Assembly: GCA_044870765.1 (NCBI GenBank)
Contig: JBIOZG010000015.1
Location: 1 to 64,000 of the forward strand
DNA: 64,000 nucleotides
Direction of reading: 5' to 3'
Source: Nitrososphaeraceae archaeon
GTDB taxonomy: Archaea; Thermoproteota; Nitrososphaeria; Nitrososphaerales; Nitrososphaeraceae
Below are positions 18,146 through 28,296 of this stretch, one piece after another. The translations under genes and the position numbers were made by a program. How positions within the stretch are numbered: position 1 is the first letter of the stretch; the number at the start of each line of letters is the position of its first letter. A model generated the notes under the pieces. The model was not told the origin of the DNA. It ran no database searches and saw nothing but the letters and a program-made list of their open reading frames with translations.

Positions 18146-19000
18146 TCAGTATTTTTGGATTTTCTGACTGTTACTATCTGCAAAGAGAATTTCATCATAT
18201 GAAATAATATTATTACTCTTGGCTTTTTGAAGCAGTGTTAGTATAGAGTTCTTACCCTCCTCTCCCATGCTGATAGTAAGATCGTTTACGTACATCTTGA
18301 CAAACTTTTCGATCAGTGATTTAGAATTACCCCTTCCAAATCGCATTGCATAGTCTAATGCCTCATCCAAATGTTCAAGTCCATATTTTATTGAACTCTT
18401 AAATAATTCGTCAAAAGCAATTATTTCTTTAGTTGTTAGATTACGATTACTAATAACATTGATCCCTAGAGGAACTGGCATGCCATTAGTTAGGTGATGC
18501 CACCATTGCCCGAGGTCCAGTATTCTATGGAATTCATCTCCAAATGAAATTTGTGCTTCATGAATAACTAGACCTGCGTCTATTACTCCGGACAAAACAT
18601 ACTTTGGAATTTCACTAAAAATCATTTCCACTCCATCAAATTTTCCAACAGCCAAATTAAGTAGTAGATTTGCCGATGTCATTTTCCCCGGAATCCCGAT
18701 CTTGCAATTGGGCAGATCGCTCAATTCGATATTTTTTTTAGAAATTACCACAGGACCATAATTGATCCCGAAACTTCCGCCGCTACTTAGAATCACATAG
18801 TTTTTGATGAATGCATATGCGTGAGCCGAAATGGCCGTAATGTCCAATTCATGATCAATCGCACGCTTGTTTAACTTTTCAATGTCTTCAATCACATGTT
18901 CAATTTGAAAATAAGGTGAATCAACGTTGCCTGAGGCAATCCCATAAAACATAAAAGCGTCATCTGCATCAGGCGTATGTCCTAGCGTAACATGTTTCAT
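18146..19000 (-). CDS. mqnD: 1,4-dihydroxy-6-naphthoate synthase
   Basis: LGHTPDADDAFMFY, GLVIHE, LDLGQWW...PVPLG and MYVND. Confidence 0.88.
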   Translation of the reverse strand: MKHVTLGHTPDADDAFMFYGIASGNVDSPYFQIEHVIEDIEKLNKRAIDHELDITAISAHAYAFIKNYVILSSGGSFGINYGPVVISKKNIELSDLPNCKIGIPGKMTSANLLLNLAVGKFDGVEMIFSEIPKYVLSGVIDAGLVIHEAQISFGDEFHRILDLGQWWHHLTNGMPVPLGINVISNRNLTTKEIIAFDELFKSSIKYGLEHLDEALDYAMRFGRGNSKSLIEKFVKMYVNDLTISMGEEGKNSILTLLQKAKSNNIISYDEILFADSNSQKIQKY

Positions 19001-19198
19001 ATAAAATTGAATATTCCAACGGTATTTTTATTTTACAGTATTAGAGTCTGAAATGCAGCCATTTTCGCGCAAATAAGGAATATGATATTCAAAACAACTG
19101 TGTTATTATTTTAAGGCGTCTTGATTTTGATTCGATACGTCTCTTAGTAAATTAAGGAAGATTTAATAATGCTGCATAGATTTTTTGTCGTTTATAAG

Positions 19199-21400
19199 AT
19201 GCCAAAATTCAAGTCCACTCAGGATATCTTGAGAATTATAGGAAATAAAGATCAAATTCGTAATTTCGGCGTAATTGCTCATGTTGATCACGGAAAGACA
19301 ACGATGAGCGACAGTTTATTGGCTGCTTCGGGAATTATTTCTCCGTCTGTTGCTGGTCAGGCTCTGGCTCTTGATTCAATGAAACTTGAACAAAATAGAC
19401 AAATGACAATTAGAGGAGCCAATGTAACCCTGTATTATGAACTCGGAGGAAAAGAATATGTGATTAATATGATTGATACTCCTGGACATATCGATTTTAC
19501 AGGAAGAGTTACGCGAGCACTTAGGGCAATAGATGGAGTAGTGGTAGTCTCTGACTCTGTTGAAGGAATAATGACTCAAACAGAAACTGTGACCAGACAA
19601 GCACTTGAAGAACGTGTAAGACCAGTTCTTTACATAAACAAAATTGATAGACTTGTCAAGGAACTAAGATTAGATGCACCTGCTATGCAGAAATGGCTTT
19701 CGAATATTATTGCAGAATTTAACAAACTAGTCGATATCTATGCTGAACCTGAATTAAAAGAGAAATGGAAGGTAAGTATTCAGGGAAACAGTGTAGCCTT
19801 TGGATCGGCAAAGGATAGGTGGGGATTTAACTTCAATATTGCTCAGAGGAATGGAGTTGGCTTTAAAGATGTTTATGACGCATACAACTCAGAAGATCAG
19901 TCTTTAATAAAGGCCCTCTCTGAGAAGGCTCCGCTGCATGAGGCTGTACTTGGGATGGTTGTCCAACACCACCCTCCACCCCATGTGGCACAGCGTTACA
20001 GAATACCGAAAATTTGGCCCGGTGATCTTGATTCTGATATAGGGAAATCACTTATAACATGCGACGACAAAGGACCAATTTTAATGATGGTTACTACAAT
20101 TAATGTGGACCCTCAGGCTGGTAGGATAGCTACGGGTAGATTGTTTTCAGGGACGATTAAGGACGGTGACGAAGTGTATCTAATAGATGGTAAAAGAATG
20201 GGTAAAGTTCAATCAGTAAATATCTACATGGGTAACACTCGAGAAGTAGTAAACATGCTTCCTGCTGGAAATATACCAGCTCTGCTTGGTATTGATCATG
20301 CAATTGCAGGAGAGACATTCTCATCAGTCAAAAATGTACCTGCATTTGAATCAATAAAATATGTTTCAGAACCAGTTGTTACAATAGCCATCGAACCAAA
20401 ACATCCAAAAGATTTACCAAAATTGGTTGAAGCATTAAGGAGAATTACTGTTGAAGATCCAAATCTAATCGTAAAAATCAATGAAGAAAGTGGTGAAACT
20501 TTACTTTCGGGCATGGGTGTATTACACCTAGAGATAGCTACATCTCTAATATTGGAAACAGGTTTAGAAATAACAACCACTCAACCTCTTATTAATTATC
20601 GAGAGACAATACGAAACATTGCTGGTCCAATTATGAGTAAATCTCCGAATAAGCACAATAAGATTTTCATGAGAGTTGAACCACTAGGGGAAGAGATAAT
20701 TGAATTAATAAAGAACGGCCAAATTCATGAGGACCTAGAAAGAAAACAGATGGCCAAAATACTTAGGGAAAAGGGATGGAGCGCAGATGAAGCAAAAAAT
20801 GTTGCTGCAGTGGATATCAGTGGAAACATACTGGTGGACGAAACGAAGGGTGTACAGTTTATTCAGGAATCAATGGATTCTATCAGATCAGGTTTCGACG
20901 ATGTGATACATTCTGGTCCTATAGCTCATGAAACAGTTCGAGGAGTAAAATTTGTTTTACACCATTTTGTCCCCCATGAAGATCCAGCTCATCGTGGCTT
21001 GGCACAATTAATGCCAGCCACCAGAAGATCAATGTTAGGATCAATGCTTTTGGCAGATTCGGCATTGCTAGAACCTATACTTGGTATGGAAATAAAGTGT
21101 CCACAAGAACAAATCGGAACGGTGGCGGGAATCCTATCTGGAAAACGTGGAAAACTATTGAACGTCGAACAAAAGGGAGTAATTAGCATAATACAAGGTG
21201 AAGTTCCAGCTTCTGAAACATTCGACTTGTCTGAAGTAATGCGTGGCGGTACGGCTGGCAAAGCTTTGTGGAATACATATTTCAAGTCCTGGCAAATTGT
21301 ACCTCAATCCATTTTCAAATCACTTGTAAATGACATTAGGAAGAGAAAGGGTCTCAATCCAGAACCACCGACGGCTGATGAATTTGTTGATAAGGAATAA
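19199..21400 (+). CDS. fusA: translation elongation factor EF-2
   Basis: AHVDHGKTT, DTPGHIDF, NKID and the diphthamide loop HEDPAHRG; start taken at MPKFK. Confidence 0.98.
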   Translation: MPKFKSTQDILRIIGNKDQIRNFGVIAHVDHGKTTMSDSLLAASGIISPSVAGQALALDSMKLEQNRQMTIRGANVTLYYELGGKEYVINMIDTPGHIDFTGRVTRALRAIDGVVVVSDSVEGIMTQTETVTRQALEERVRPVLYINKIDRLVKELRLDAPAMQKWLSNIIAEFNKLVDIYAEPELKEKWKVSIQGNSVAFGSAKDRWGFNFNIAQRNGVGFKDVYDAYNSEDQSLIKALSEKAPLHEAVLGMVVQHHPPPHVAQRYRIPKIWPGDLDSDIGKSLITCDDKGPILMMVTTINVDPQAGRIATGRLFSGTIKDGDEVYLIDGKRMGKVQSVNIYMGNTREVVNMLPAGNIPALLGIDHAIAGETFSSVKNVPAFESIKYVSEPVVTIAIEPKHPKDLPKLVEALRRITVEDPNLIVKINEESGETLLSGMGVLHLEIATSLILETGLEITTTQPLINYRETIRNIAGPIMSKSPNKHNKIFMRVEPLGEEIIELIKNGQIHEDLERKQMAKILREKGWSADEAKNVAAVDISGNILVDETKGVQFIQESMDSIRSGFDDVIHSGPIAHETVRGVKFVLHHFVPHEDPAHRGLAQLMPATRRSMLGSMLLADSALLEPILGMEIKCPQEQIGTVAGILSGKRGKLLNVEQKGVISIIQGEVPASETFDLSEVMRGGTAGKALWNTYFKSWQIVPQSIFKSLVNDIRKRKGLNPEPPTADEFVDKE

Positions 21401-21556
21401 AACCTTTGCTCTTATCGCACGATGAGAATTATTTCTCCCGTGATATGATAATTGCAATAATGTAACTTTTTTTATGTAAGATCCGTAACGATAGAGTGTA
21501 GAATTTATATGCAAGGATGTAATATAATATAATAATTACAAATAGGTGTTTGTCGA

Positions 21557-21754
21557 TTGTTTAACAAGGAATCGTGCAGGTCGTGTGGTAGTATTTTGTC
21601 CCCTGTCTCAAAGTGTAAACTTTGCAAAGAGTATGTATCATGGATTTGTAATTATTGCCAGCAAGTAGAGGAAGTAAGTCATAGACATGAAAGGGCTCAT
21701 GAGTCACAAGGAAACACCTATTTGGATATCAAAGATAGGTTGATAACTGCGTAG
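21557..21754 (+). CDS. small Zn-finger protein
   Basis: CRSC, CKLC, CNYC and terminal His residues. Confidence 0.7.
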   Translation: MFNKESCRSCGSILSPVSKCKLCKEYVSWICNYCQQVEEVSHRHERAHESQGNTYLDIKDRLITA

Positions 21755-21809
21755 ATTGTGCTTCTAGCAAACTTGACTATATTCCTCGGCCATATTGAAA
21801 TAATTAATA

Positions 21810-22796
21810 CTATCTACCTTCGTTCTTTTTAGTCCCATCAAGATTTTTAGAATTAACAGGACAGCTATCTCTTTCCACCTCAACGTAGATCTTGGATGAT
21901 GTTTTTACATCAATTACGGATTTGATTCGATCTTCAATTGTGTCTATTACTTGTTCTATTTGGTCCGTGGTTATGTTATCTACAATACTTACTTCCATAG
22001 CAACAAGTACATCGTTGGGTCCAAAATGCATAGTTCTAAGTGTGATGACCCTGTTCACCTCAGGAATCTTTAGTACGGATTCTATAATTCTAACATGATC
22101 TTTCTTAGACATTGCCTCTCCGATAAGAAGAGCTCGATTTTCTTTTGCCAGAAAGAAGGCAAATAACATTAAAACTGCACCTATTAATATTGAACCTAAT
22201 GCATCATAGATCATGTTGTTAGTAACGTCGGATAGATAGATTCCTATTGCCGCTATTGCTATACCAAGTAACGCTGCTGAATCTTCCACTATGACAGTCA
22301 AAATTGTAGGGTCTTTACTTTCTTGAAATTCTGTGAATAACTTACGGAGATTAACCTTTTCTCCTCTCGCTTCTATGGTACCCTTAAATAAATTGAAAGC
22401 AATTCTTAGGGCGTTACCTTCAAAGACGGCGGAGATTAATAGTATTACATAACTGATATTGGTGTTTACAATTTGATGTACTGGATCAAATATGGAAGCA
22501 AATCCTTTTTCAAACGACAGAATTCCTGAAATTCCAAATAATAGTGTCGCCACAATGAATGACCAGAAAAATTGTTCTTTTCCATAACCAAACGGATGTC
22601 TTTCTGTAGGTACTTTTGAACTTGTCTTAATTCCGATTAGCAATAAGACTTGGTTAAAAGTATCAGAGAATGAATGGTATGTTTCAGACCACATTGCACT
22701 ACTGTTAGTCAATAATGCTGCGATTAGTTTTGCAATCGCGATTCCCAAGTTGCCAAATAGCGCGGCATACACGGCCCTCTTGGAACTTCCGACCAA
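21810..22796 (-). CDS. cation diffusion facilitator (CDF) transporter
   Basis: SETYHSFSD, HPFGYGKE, EDSAAL and a C-terminal dimerisation domain. Confidence 0.93.
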   Translation of the reverse strand: MVGSSKRAVYAALFGNLGIAIAKLIAALLTNSSAMWSETYHSFSDTFNQVLLLIGIKTSSKVPTERHPFGYGKEQFFWSFIVATLLFGISGILSFEKGFASIFDPVHQIVNTNISYVILLISAVFEGNALRIAFNLFKGTIEARGEKVNLRKLFTEFQESKDPTILTVIVEDSAALLGIAIAAIGIYLSDVTNNMIYDALGSILIGAVLMLFAFFLAKENRALLIGEAMSKKDHVRIIESVLKIPEVNRVITLRTMHFGPNDVLVAMEVSIVDNITTDQIEQVIDTIEDRIKSVIDVKTSSKIYVEVERDSCPVNSKNLDGTKKNEGR

Positions 22797-22836
22797 AAAT
22801 TATCCTCCTTTTCTCATATTCTGATTTAAGAAAGAT

Positions 22837-24369
22837 TTAGCGAGAAATTATCTCTTTCATAAAGATATTTTGATCAAGTTTGGAAAATTCATTCAAATTT
22901 ATGTCGTCTCCTTTAGACATTATTTGCTTAATCTTCTCTACAGCGGCGGGTTCAATCCACCATTTTTCACCAAACCAATTGATTAGATATCTTTCTAGTT
23001 CTGCAGCTCGTATCGCAGCTATCATGTAACTGGGTACATACATTATTGATTCCGGAAGGATATGATGTAGCATCCAATATTCTCCAGGCACTTCAAGACC
23101 CATATACCTTTTGATTAGTTTTTCGTATAACCTGCTTGTTTCAGAAATTGTGAGGTTCTTGTTCCAGAACTCCATTTTCATCAAGGAATTTGCAGCATAA
23201 AAAACGATGAAGAATAGCTCCATGAATTTGTCTCTCAATACTATCTCCGTTAACACCTTATCGTTTGTGATTCCAATGTCCTTCAAATATAACGGATTTC
23301 TTGTTAATCTTTCGATTAGTATTGAGAATATTTCGGCCACTCCCATTGGAAATTTGTATTTTTCCCAATAGCTTAGTTTCCTATCAATCGAAGAGGCATG
23401 TATCGCGTGTCCCGTTTCATGATAACAGCTTTGCAAATTAAAGTACGGGCTTTCACTCTTGTATAATACCCGTATGTCATCAGGAATTTTTACAAAGAAG
23501 CAAATCGGTGATGGATATTTATTTGGTCGGTCAGAGATATCAAACTTAATTCTTGAAAAATCAAACCCAATTGATTCTAGGGTCTTCCTAACTGTGCGTA
23601 CAGGATTAGTTTTGGAAAAATATTTCTCAATATCTAGAAAAATTCTGTTTCGAAAAAAATAAAAATCATCATAGTATTCGGCATCTTTTCCGATCAATTC
23701 ACTAGCATATCGCAGCTCATTTCTAAACGGTGATTCTGCACGTTGTCCCAAATCTGTAACCAATTTCTTGAGATCCGATAGGCATATTTTTTCACTTAAT
23801 AGGTATCCATCTATGGGATTAATTGGTTTTTTTGAAGTCTCATTTACTCTGTCAGAAAAGTTATAATAAATTTCTCTGATTTTTTTAAAACGTAAATTGA
23901 TGAGCGGAGAAATATATTTTGTCTTTTTGACAAACTCATCAAATACCATTTTTCTCTTGTTGTGATCTTTTTCGTTACTATTGAATTGTCTCCAATTATT
24001 CCAGTTCACTTGTTTTCCATTGAATTTGAAATCATTACTTTTAACCTTGGTTCCTCTCAATTCATGCAATTTTAATTCAAGAGGCTTTGTTTTAGATTCA
24101 GAAATATTTTCAATTGAGGAAAGGAGCAATGTTTTAGGTTGAGAAAATGTCCTTACAAATATCTCTGAAATGAGTAACTTCATCTTGGCCAAATATTCTA
24201 TATTTTTCCTATCATAATCATAACCGGCAAATTGTAGATATTGTTCATTAGTTTCGGCAGAATATAGAGTCTCATCTATCTTACACCATTCTTCTAGATT
24301 CAACAAGATAACACTAGCTAAAAAGATATTTAAGTTGCTTAACTGACAGCTAGGAAAATCCTTTGCCAT
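22837..24369 (-). CDS. zinc metallopeptidase (M3/gluzincin-like)
   Basis: HETGHAIH (HExxH) and a downstream AEIFS third ligand. Confidence 0.75.
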   Translation of the reverse strand: MAKDFPSCQLSNLNIFLASVILLNLEEWCKIDETLYSAETNEQYLQFAGYDYDRKNIEYLAKMKLLISEIFVRTFSQPKTLLLSSIENISESKTKPLELKLHELRGTKVKSNDFKFNGKQVNWNNWRQFNSNEKDHNKRKMVFDEFVKKTKYISPLINLRFKKIREIYYNFSDRVNETSKKPINPIDGYLLSEKICLSDLKKLVTDLGQRAESPFRNELRYASELIGKDAEYYDDFYFFRNRIFLDIEKYFSKTNPVRTVRKTLESIGFDFSRIKFDISDRPNKYPSPICFFVKIPDDIRVLYKSESPYFNLQSCYHETGHAIHASSIDRKLSYWEKYKFPMGVAEIFSILIERLTRNPLYLKDIGITNDKVLTEIVLRDKFMELFFIVFYAANSLMKMEFWNKNLTISETSRLYEKLIKRYMGLEVPGEYWMLHHILPESIMYVPSYMIAAIRAAELERYLINWFGEKWWIEPAAVEKIKQIMSKGDDINLNEFSKLDQNIFMKEIISR

Positions 24370-24471
24370 ATTGAGATAGTACGATAGAAAAAATACAATA
24401 AGTTGGTGTGAATTTGTTTAGAAAATATTACCAGCAGGTTATTCAAATATGACACTTTGATTTAACGACTA

Positions 24472-25146
24472 GTGATTTGTCTAGATCCTATGACTAGCTT
24501 TACAAACCAGTGGAATAAGGAGGCCAAAAAAGATCCCACGGAAAGAATTAGAGAAAGCCTGAAATCACAAAAACCTCTAAAACCTACTATGGAATCTGCA
24601 AAAAATAGACTGGGAATTCAAACTCAAAAACTAGATACACTATTGGAGAAATTAAAATCAAAAGATCGAGCACTTTTTAATCAAATTGTTACACATTTAC
24701 AAAATCATGATAGCCAACAGAGCAAGATGCTTTCAAATGAACTCTCGCAAGTTCGAAGAACGATAAAGACTATTTCCCAATTAAAAATGTCCCTTGAGCA
24801 GGTGCATATGAGACTAGAATCTACCATTGATATTGGAGATGCCCTTACTGCACTAAAACCGGCAGTTGGAACGTTATCAAAAGTAAAAACTGGATTATCT
24901 GGACTTATGCCCAATGTCGACGTAGAATTGGGAGAAATTAATGATGTCTTTAGTGATATAATGGTAAATGCTAATAGCACTTCGGATATTGGCCTTGCAC
25001 TAAATCCATCAGGTGGAGATGTGACTAATATACTTGCAGAAGCAAGCATGGTTGCGGAGCAGAGGGTCACAGACAATTTTCCAGATGTGCCCATGGGGAC
25101 ATACAATCGAAATGCTAGGTCCTCCGTCGGAGAACACACTGAATAA
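24472..25146 (+). CDS. ESCRT-III/Snf7-domain protein (CdvB paralogue)
   Basis: Snf7-type helical hairpin (SNELSQVRR..LEQVHMRLEST..GD) and the ILAEASMVAEQ..FPDVP tail. Confidence 0.85.
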   Translation: MICLDPMTSFTNQWNKEAKKDPTERIRESLKSQKPLKPTMESAKNRLGIQTQKLDTLLEKLKSKDRALFNQIVTHLQNHDSQQSKMLSNELSQVRRTIKTISQLKMSLEQVHMRLESTIDIGDALTALKPAVGTLSKVKTGLSGLMPNVDVELGEINDVFSDIMVNANSTSDIGLALNPSGGDVTNILAEASMVAEQRVTDNFPDVPMGTYNRNARSSVGEHTE

Positions 25147-25199
25147 TCACTAAATTGTTGTCCCGCAATTGGTATGCATGTATCAAATAGAAAAACGCA

Positions 25200-25535
25200 A
25201 TGACAGTGACCAAAACAAAAGTGACTCATGGTAAAGGGTCAATAATAATCTCAACATTTCAATCCAGACAAACTGCAAATAGGATAGCAAAAGCTATGAT
25301 TTCAAAGAAGCTTTGTGCTTGTGTAAATATCATAAAAATAAATTCTTTCTACTATTGGAAACATAAAATCCAACACGATGATGAGTATCTCTGTTTTTTT
25401 AAGACTGTTTCTTCTGCTAAATTGAGTAAAGAAATAAAGAAAATCCATCCATACAATGTACCCGAAATCGTGGAACTACGACTGGATAACGCTGATAAAG
25501 ATTACCTGGGATGGCTAACTAATTCTATTTCTTAA
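25200..25535 (+). CDS. cutA: divalent-cation tolerance protein CutA
   Basis: LCACVNI..SFYYW, HPYNVPEI and YLGWL. Confidence 0.92.
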   Translation: MTVTKTKVTHGKGSIIISTFQSRQTANRIAKAMISKKLCACVNIIKINSFYYWKHKIQHDDEYLCFFKTVSSAKLSKEIKKIHPYNVPEIVELRLDNADKDYLGWLTNSIS

Positions 25536-25551
25536 ATTCCGACTGTCTGTC

Positions 25552-26619
25552 TTACCTTATTGCATATCTTAGAAGGCCAACAATGCCGCCTAAAGAAGAG
25601 ATTCGCAGTCCTATATCGGTAGACGCGTCAACTCCATATATCTTTCCTCCAAAAGTTTCTGTTGAATTCAATAAACCAATGAATTCATCCTCGTTGATTT
25701 TTTCTAAGATAGCGTTAGAATAGATTAGACTGTCTATTGACTTGTTAATCACAGCAGATTTAACTTCATTTACACCAATGGCATATTTAGGATCACCTTT
25801 GTGGATAAGGTACATTAAATTGTCCAGTAAGGATGAGACAATTCCTATTTTACTAGTCTTCAATAACTCTTTTAGTGAGTCAGAACGCAGAGATACAAAA
25901 ATACCATCTTCGCCTGCAACGTCTATGCCTTCTAGAATGGAAATTTTGTCATTGATTTCCTTGGCAAGATAGTTAAAAAATTTCCTCTTGGTTTCTCCAG
26001 GCCCAAATAGGACTATCATCTGCTCTTGTGAGTGTAGGTTAGTAACACTCTTAATTCCTGTGAGAATTTCATCAAAAAAACTATCTATATTTGCGTTTAC
26101 GGCCCTAGAACCCTGAAACCTTTTTCCACTTTGACCAGAGTAAATATTGGGTAGGATCTTTACATGAGTACCTGTTACTAATCCTATGGCTGCTTCCTGA
26201 ATATCAATTGAAATCAGGATGTAGATAGTGTTACTACCAGAATTTCCTAATATGTCAGTTTGAATTTGTTTCCACTGTTTCTTTTCTAGTATAATCAAAT
26301 CGTCAACCTTGATCGATATAGAATGGTGAACGCCCTTTGGAACTAACTGATTGTCGCTGTTCAGTATCATTCCCCCAATTCTTATTCTATCTACTGTTCC
26401 ATCAAACTTTATGTTATCAACTCTTAGTAATATTCTTATTTTTATTCGTTCACCCTTATCTGGTCTGGAAAATTCAGACTTGTGTTTTATTGATCGAGTG
26501 GTATCTGTGATAATGTTGTCATTTAGCTCAATTATCCTTCTTAACGAAAAAAGGTCATCCAGATCTTCTGGGATAATTGCCTTGGATTTGTCAGAATGCT
26601 TCGAATCACGAACAATCAT
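25552..26619 (-). CDS. pelA: mRNA surveillance protein pelota
   Basis: IPEDLDDLFSL, GVHHSI, GPGETK and LGGIVGLLRY. Confidence 0.92.
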   Translation of the reverse strand: MIVRDSKHSDKSKAIIPEDLDDLFSLRRIIELNDNIITDTTRSIKHKSEFSRPDKGERIKIRILLRVDNIKFDGTVDRIRIGGMILNSDNQLVPKGVHHSISIKVDDLIILEKKQWKQIQTDILGNSGSNTIYILISIDIQEAAIGLVTGTHVKILPNIYSGQSGKRFQGSRAVNANIDSFFDEILTGIKSVTNLHSQEQMIVLFGPGETKRKFFNYLAKEINDKISILEGIDVAGEDGIFVSLRSDSLKELLKTSKIGIVSSLLDNLMYLIHKGDPKYAIGVNEVKSAVINKSIDSLIYSNAILEKINEDEFIGLLNSTETFGGKIYGVDASTDIGLRISSLGGIVGLLRYAIR

Positions 26620-26640
26620 CTGTATTATCTTTCACATTGT

Positions 26641-27090
26641 CTAATTGTTATCTTGCGAATTAGGTTCAGTACTTAATTTTGAGCTATTGTCATTTTGACC
26701 TTGTTGTTTTGAAGATTCAAGGTAACTATTTACCCATTCCTGAGTTATTACTCCTGATTCAACCAAATTTACTAAGGCGTTGGGAGATGCCTCCCCTGTT
26801 ACCTTTCCATTTTTCCTTCGGGTCTGTCTCCATTTAAGTTGGGTGTTTCCGGTCTTTGAGGAATAAATGATGCCGAGCACTTCCTTAGCATTTACAAACG
26901 TCATTTCACGAATTTTTTTTAGGGTTACCTTGTCAGCCGCTTCAATATAGATTGCTCCGGGTCCCTCCTCACGCTCAGGAAATATTTCAAAGTCATGCAT
27001 GTAACTTTCTGGAATAAAGGATCTACATGTACTTATAATGATAAACCTTCTAAAACTCTCAAGTGAGCAAGCGGCTTCTATTAGTACCAA
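26641..27090 (-). CDS. hypothetical protein
   Basis: 149-aa ORF with a globular N-terminal region and a polar tail. Confidence 0.75.
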   Translation of the reverse strand: MVLIEAACSLESFRRFIIISTCRSFIPESYMHDFEIFPEREEGPGAIYIEAADKVTLKKIREMTFVNAKEVLGIIYSSKTGNTQLKWRQTRRKNGKVTGEASPNALVNLVESGVITQEWVNSYLESSKQQGQNDNSSKLSTEPNSQDNN

Positions 27091-27377
27091 TGTGTTGATA
27101 GGATTAATTGCTATTGCTATTTATCAAGTTTCTGACAAGTAAATTTCAGAAGGTGGAATTTGTTGATATATAAAATTCTTTATTGGCAGGTAAATATCCC
27201 TGCAGTCACAAGCGTTATTCGAAAATTAGGGAGGACAAACTCCTAACTCAAGATCTACTTCATTTTGACTTCAGTAGGGCTATTCCGTCATTGTTTGTCC
27301 TTTAGTATTACTTTTATCGACACTTAAAAATTAGATTGTAAATAAACGCACAAAAATACCTCTTTGAAACTTAATTT

Positions 27378-28145
27378 TTACTTTGAGCTTGCATCGGACC
27401 ATAAATAGCTAAAGTATTCCTTGGCAAATCCAGCAAGTCCAATATGATTGGCCCAAATCGCAATCGGTTCCACAGCACCTCTTTCGTTTCTTCCATTTCC
27501 AAGGAGAATCATAACCTCATTTATGTCGCCTATCACGCCTCCTCCAAACATGTTGTTCTTTACTCTAACTTCAGCAACTCTTGAAATGGTATGGATAGTT
27601 TCTTTACTGGTATTTTCAGAAACAAGCACTGCTATCTTTACTCCTTTCTCAGATAACGTTCTCAAGGTAGCCTGAATGATACCAACAATATTTTCTGCCC
27701 CCTGGGGCAATGCAATGAGTAATTCCTTCTTACAATTTTGAATTATTTCTTGTACTTTATTTGCGATATTGAATAGACCCATTACTACCCATATTTCAGG
27801 CCGCTCTTTAATCCCTGTTTTTTCATAAATTGGCATTAGTTCTCGTATTATTAACTCATTGTTAGAATCCATCTTTTTCTCACTCAATGTCCTTGTTGCT
27901 TCTGTTGCCGTCTGAGGTGAATTTGGAAAGAATTTCTGCGGTCTTGAGCTATTAGATTCAATCCAGCCTCTCTCTTCTAATGAATTTAAAACTTCGTATA
28001 TCTTTGAATACGGAACGCTGGATTTTTTACTTAGCTCAGAAGCTGGCATCGACCCATTCTCAAGCAATGAAATGTAGACTTTTATTTCATAACTCCCTAA
28101 ACCTATTTCTTCCATCGCTTTCTTGGTCTTATCAGATAAACTCAT
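27378..28145 (-). CDS. TrmB-family transcriptional regulator
   Basis: GLGSYEIKVYISLL..SELSKKSSVPYSKIYEVLNSLEERGWI winged HTH plus a C-terminal effector domain. Confidence 0.92.
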   Translation of the reverse strand: MSLSDKTKKAMEEIGLGSYEIKVYISLLENGSMPASELSKKSSVPYSKIYEVLNSLEERGWIESNSSRPQKFFPNSPQTATEATRTLSEKKMDSNNELIIRELMPIYEKTGIKERPEIWVVMGLFNIANKVQEIIQNCKKELLIALPQGAENIVGIIQATLRTLSEKGVKIAVLVSENTSKETIHTISRVAEVRVKNNMFGGGVIGDINEVMILLGNGRNERGAVEPIAIWANHIGLAGFAKEYFSYLWSDASSK

Positions 28146-28202
28146 AATAATAATTGAACTGGATTACAGAAACATACTATATATTTTAAATGTAATTTGC
28201 AG

Positions 28203-28216
28203 TGCTTATATAAGCA
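28203..28216. promoter_or_regulatory. perfect 14-bp palindrome containing TATA on both strands, between trmB and tes
   Basis: TGCTTATATAAGCA. Confidence 0.5.
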
Positions 28217-28296
28217 AACTATTCACCCTATTATTAGTTACATTATACTTATATAGGAAAAATACAAAGTCGACATGAAACCTAGGTGAAATTAAA

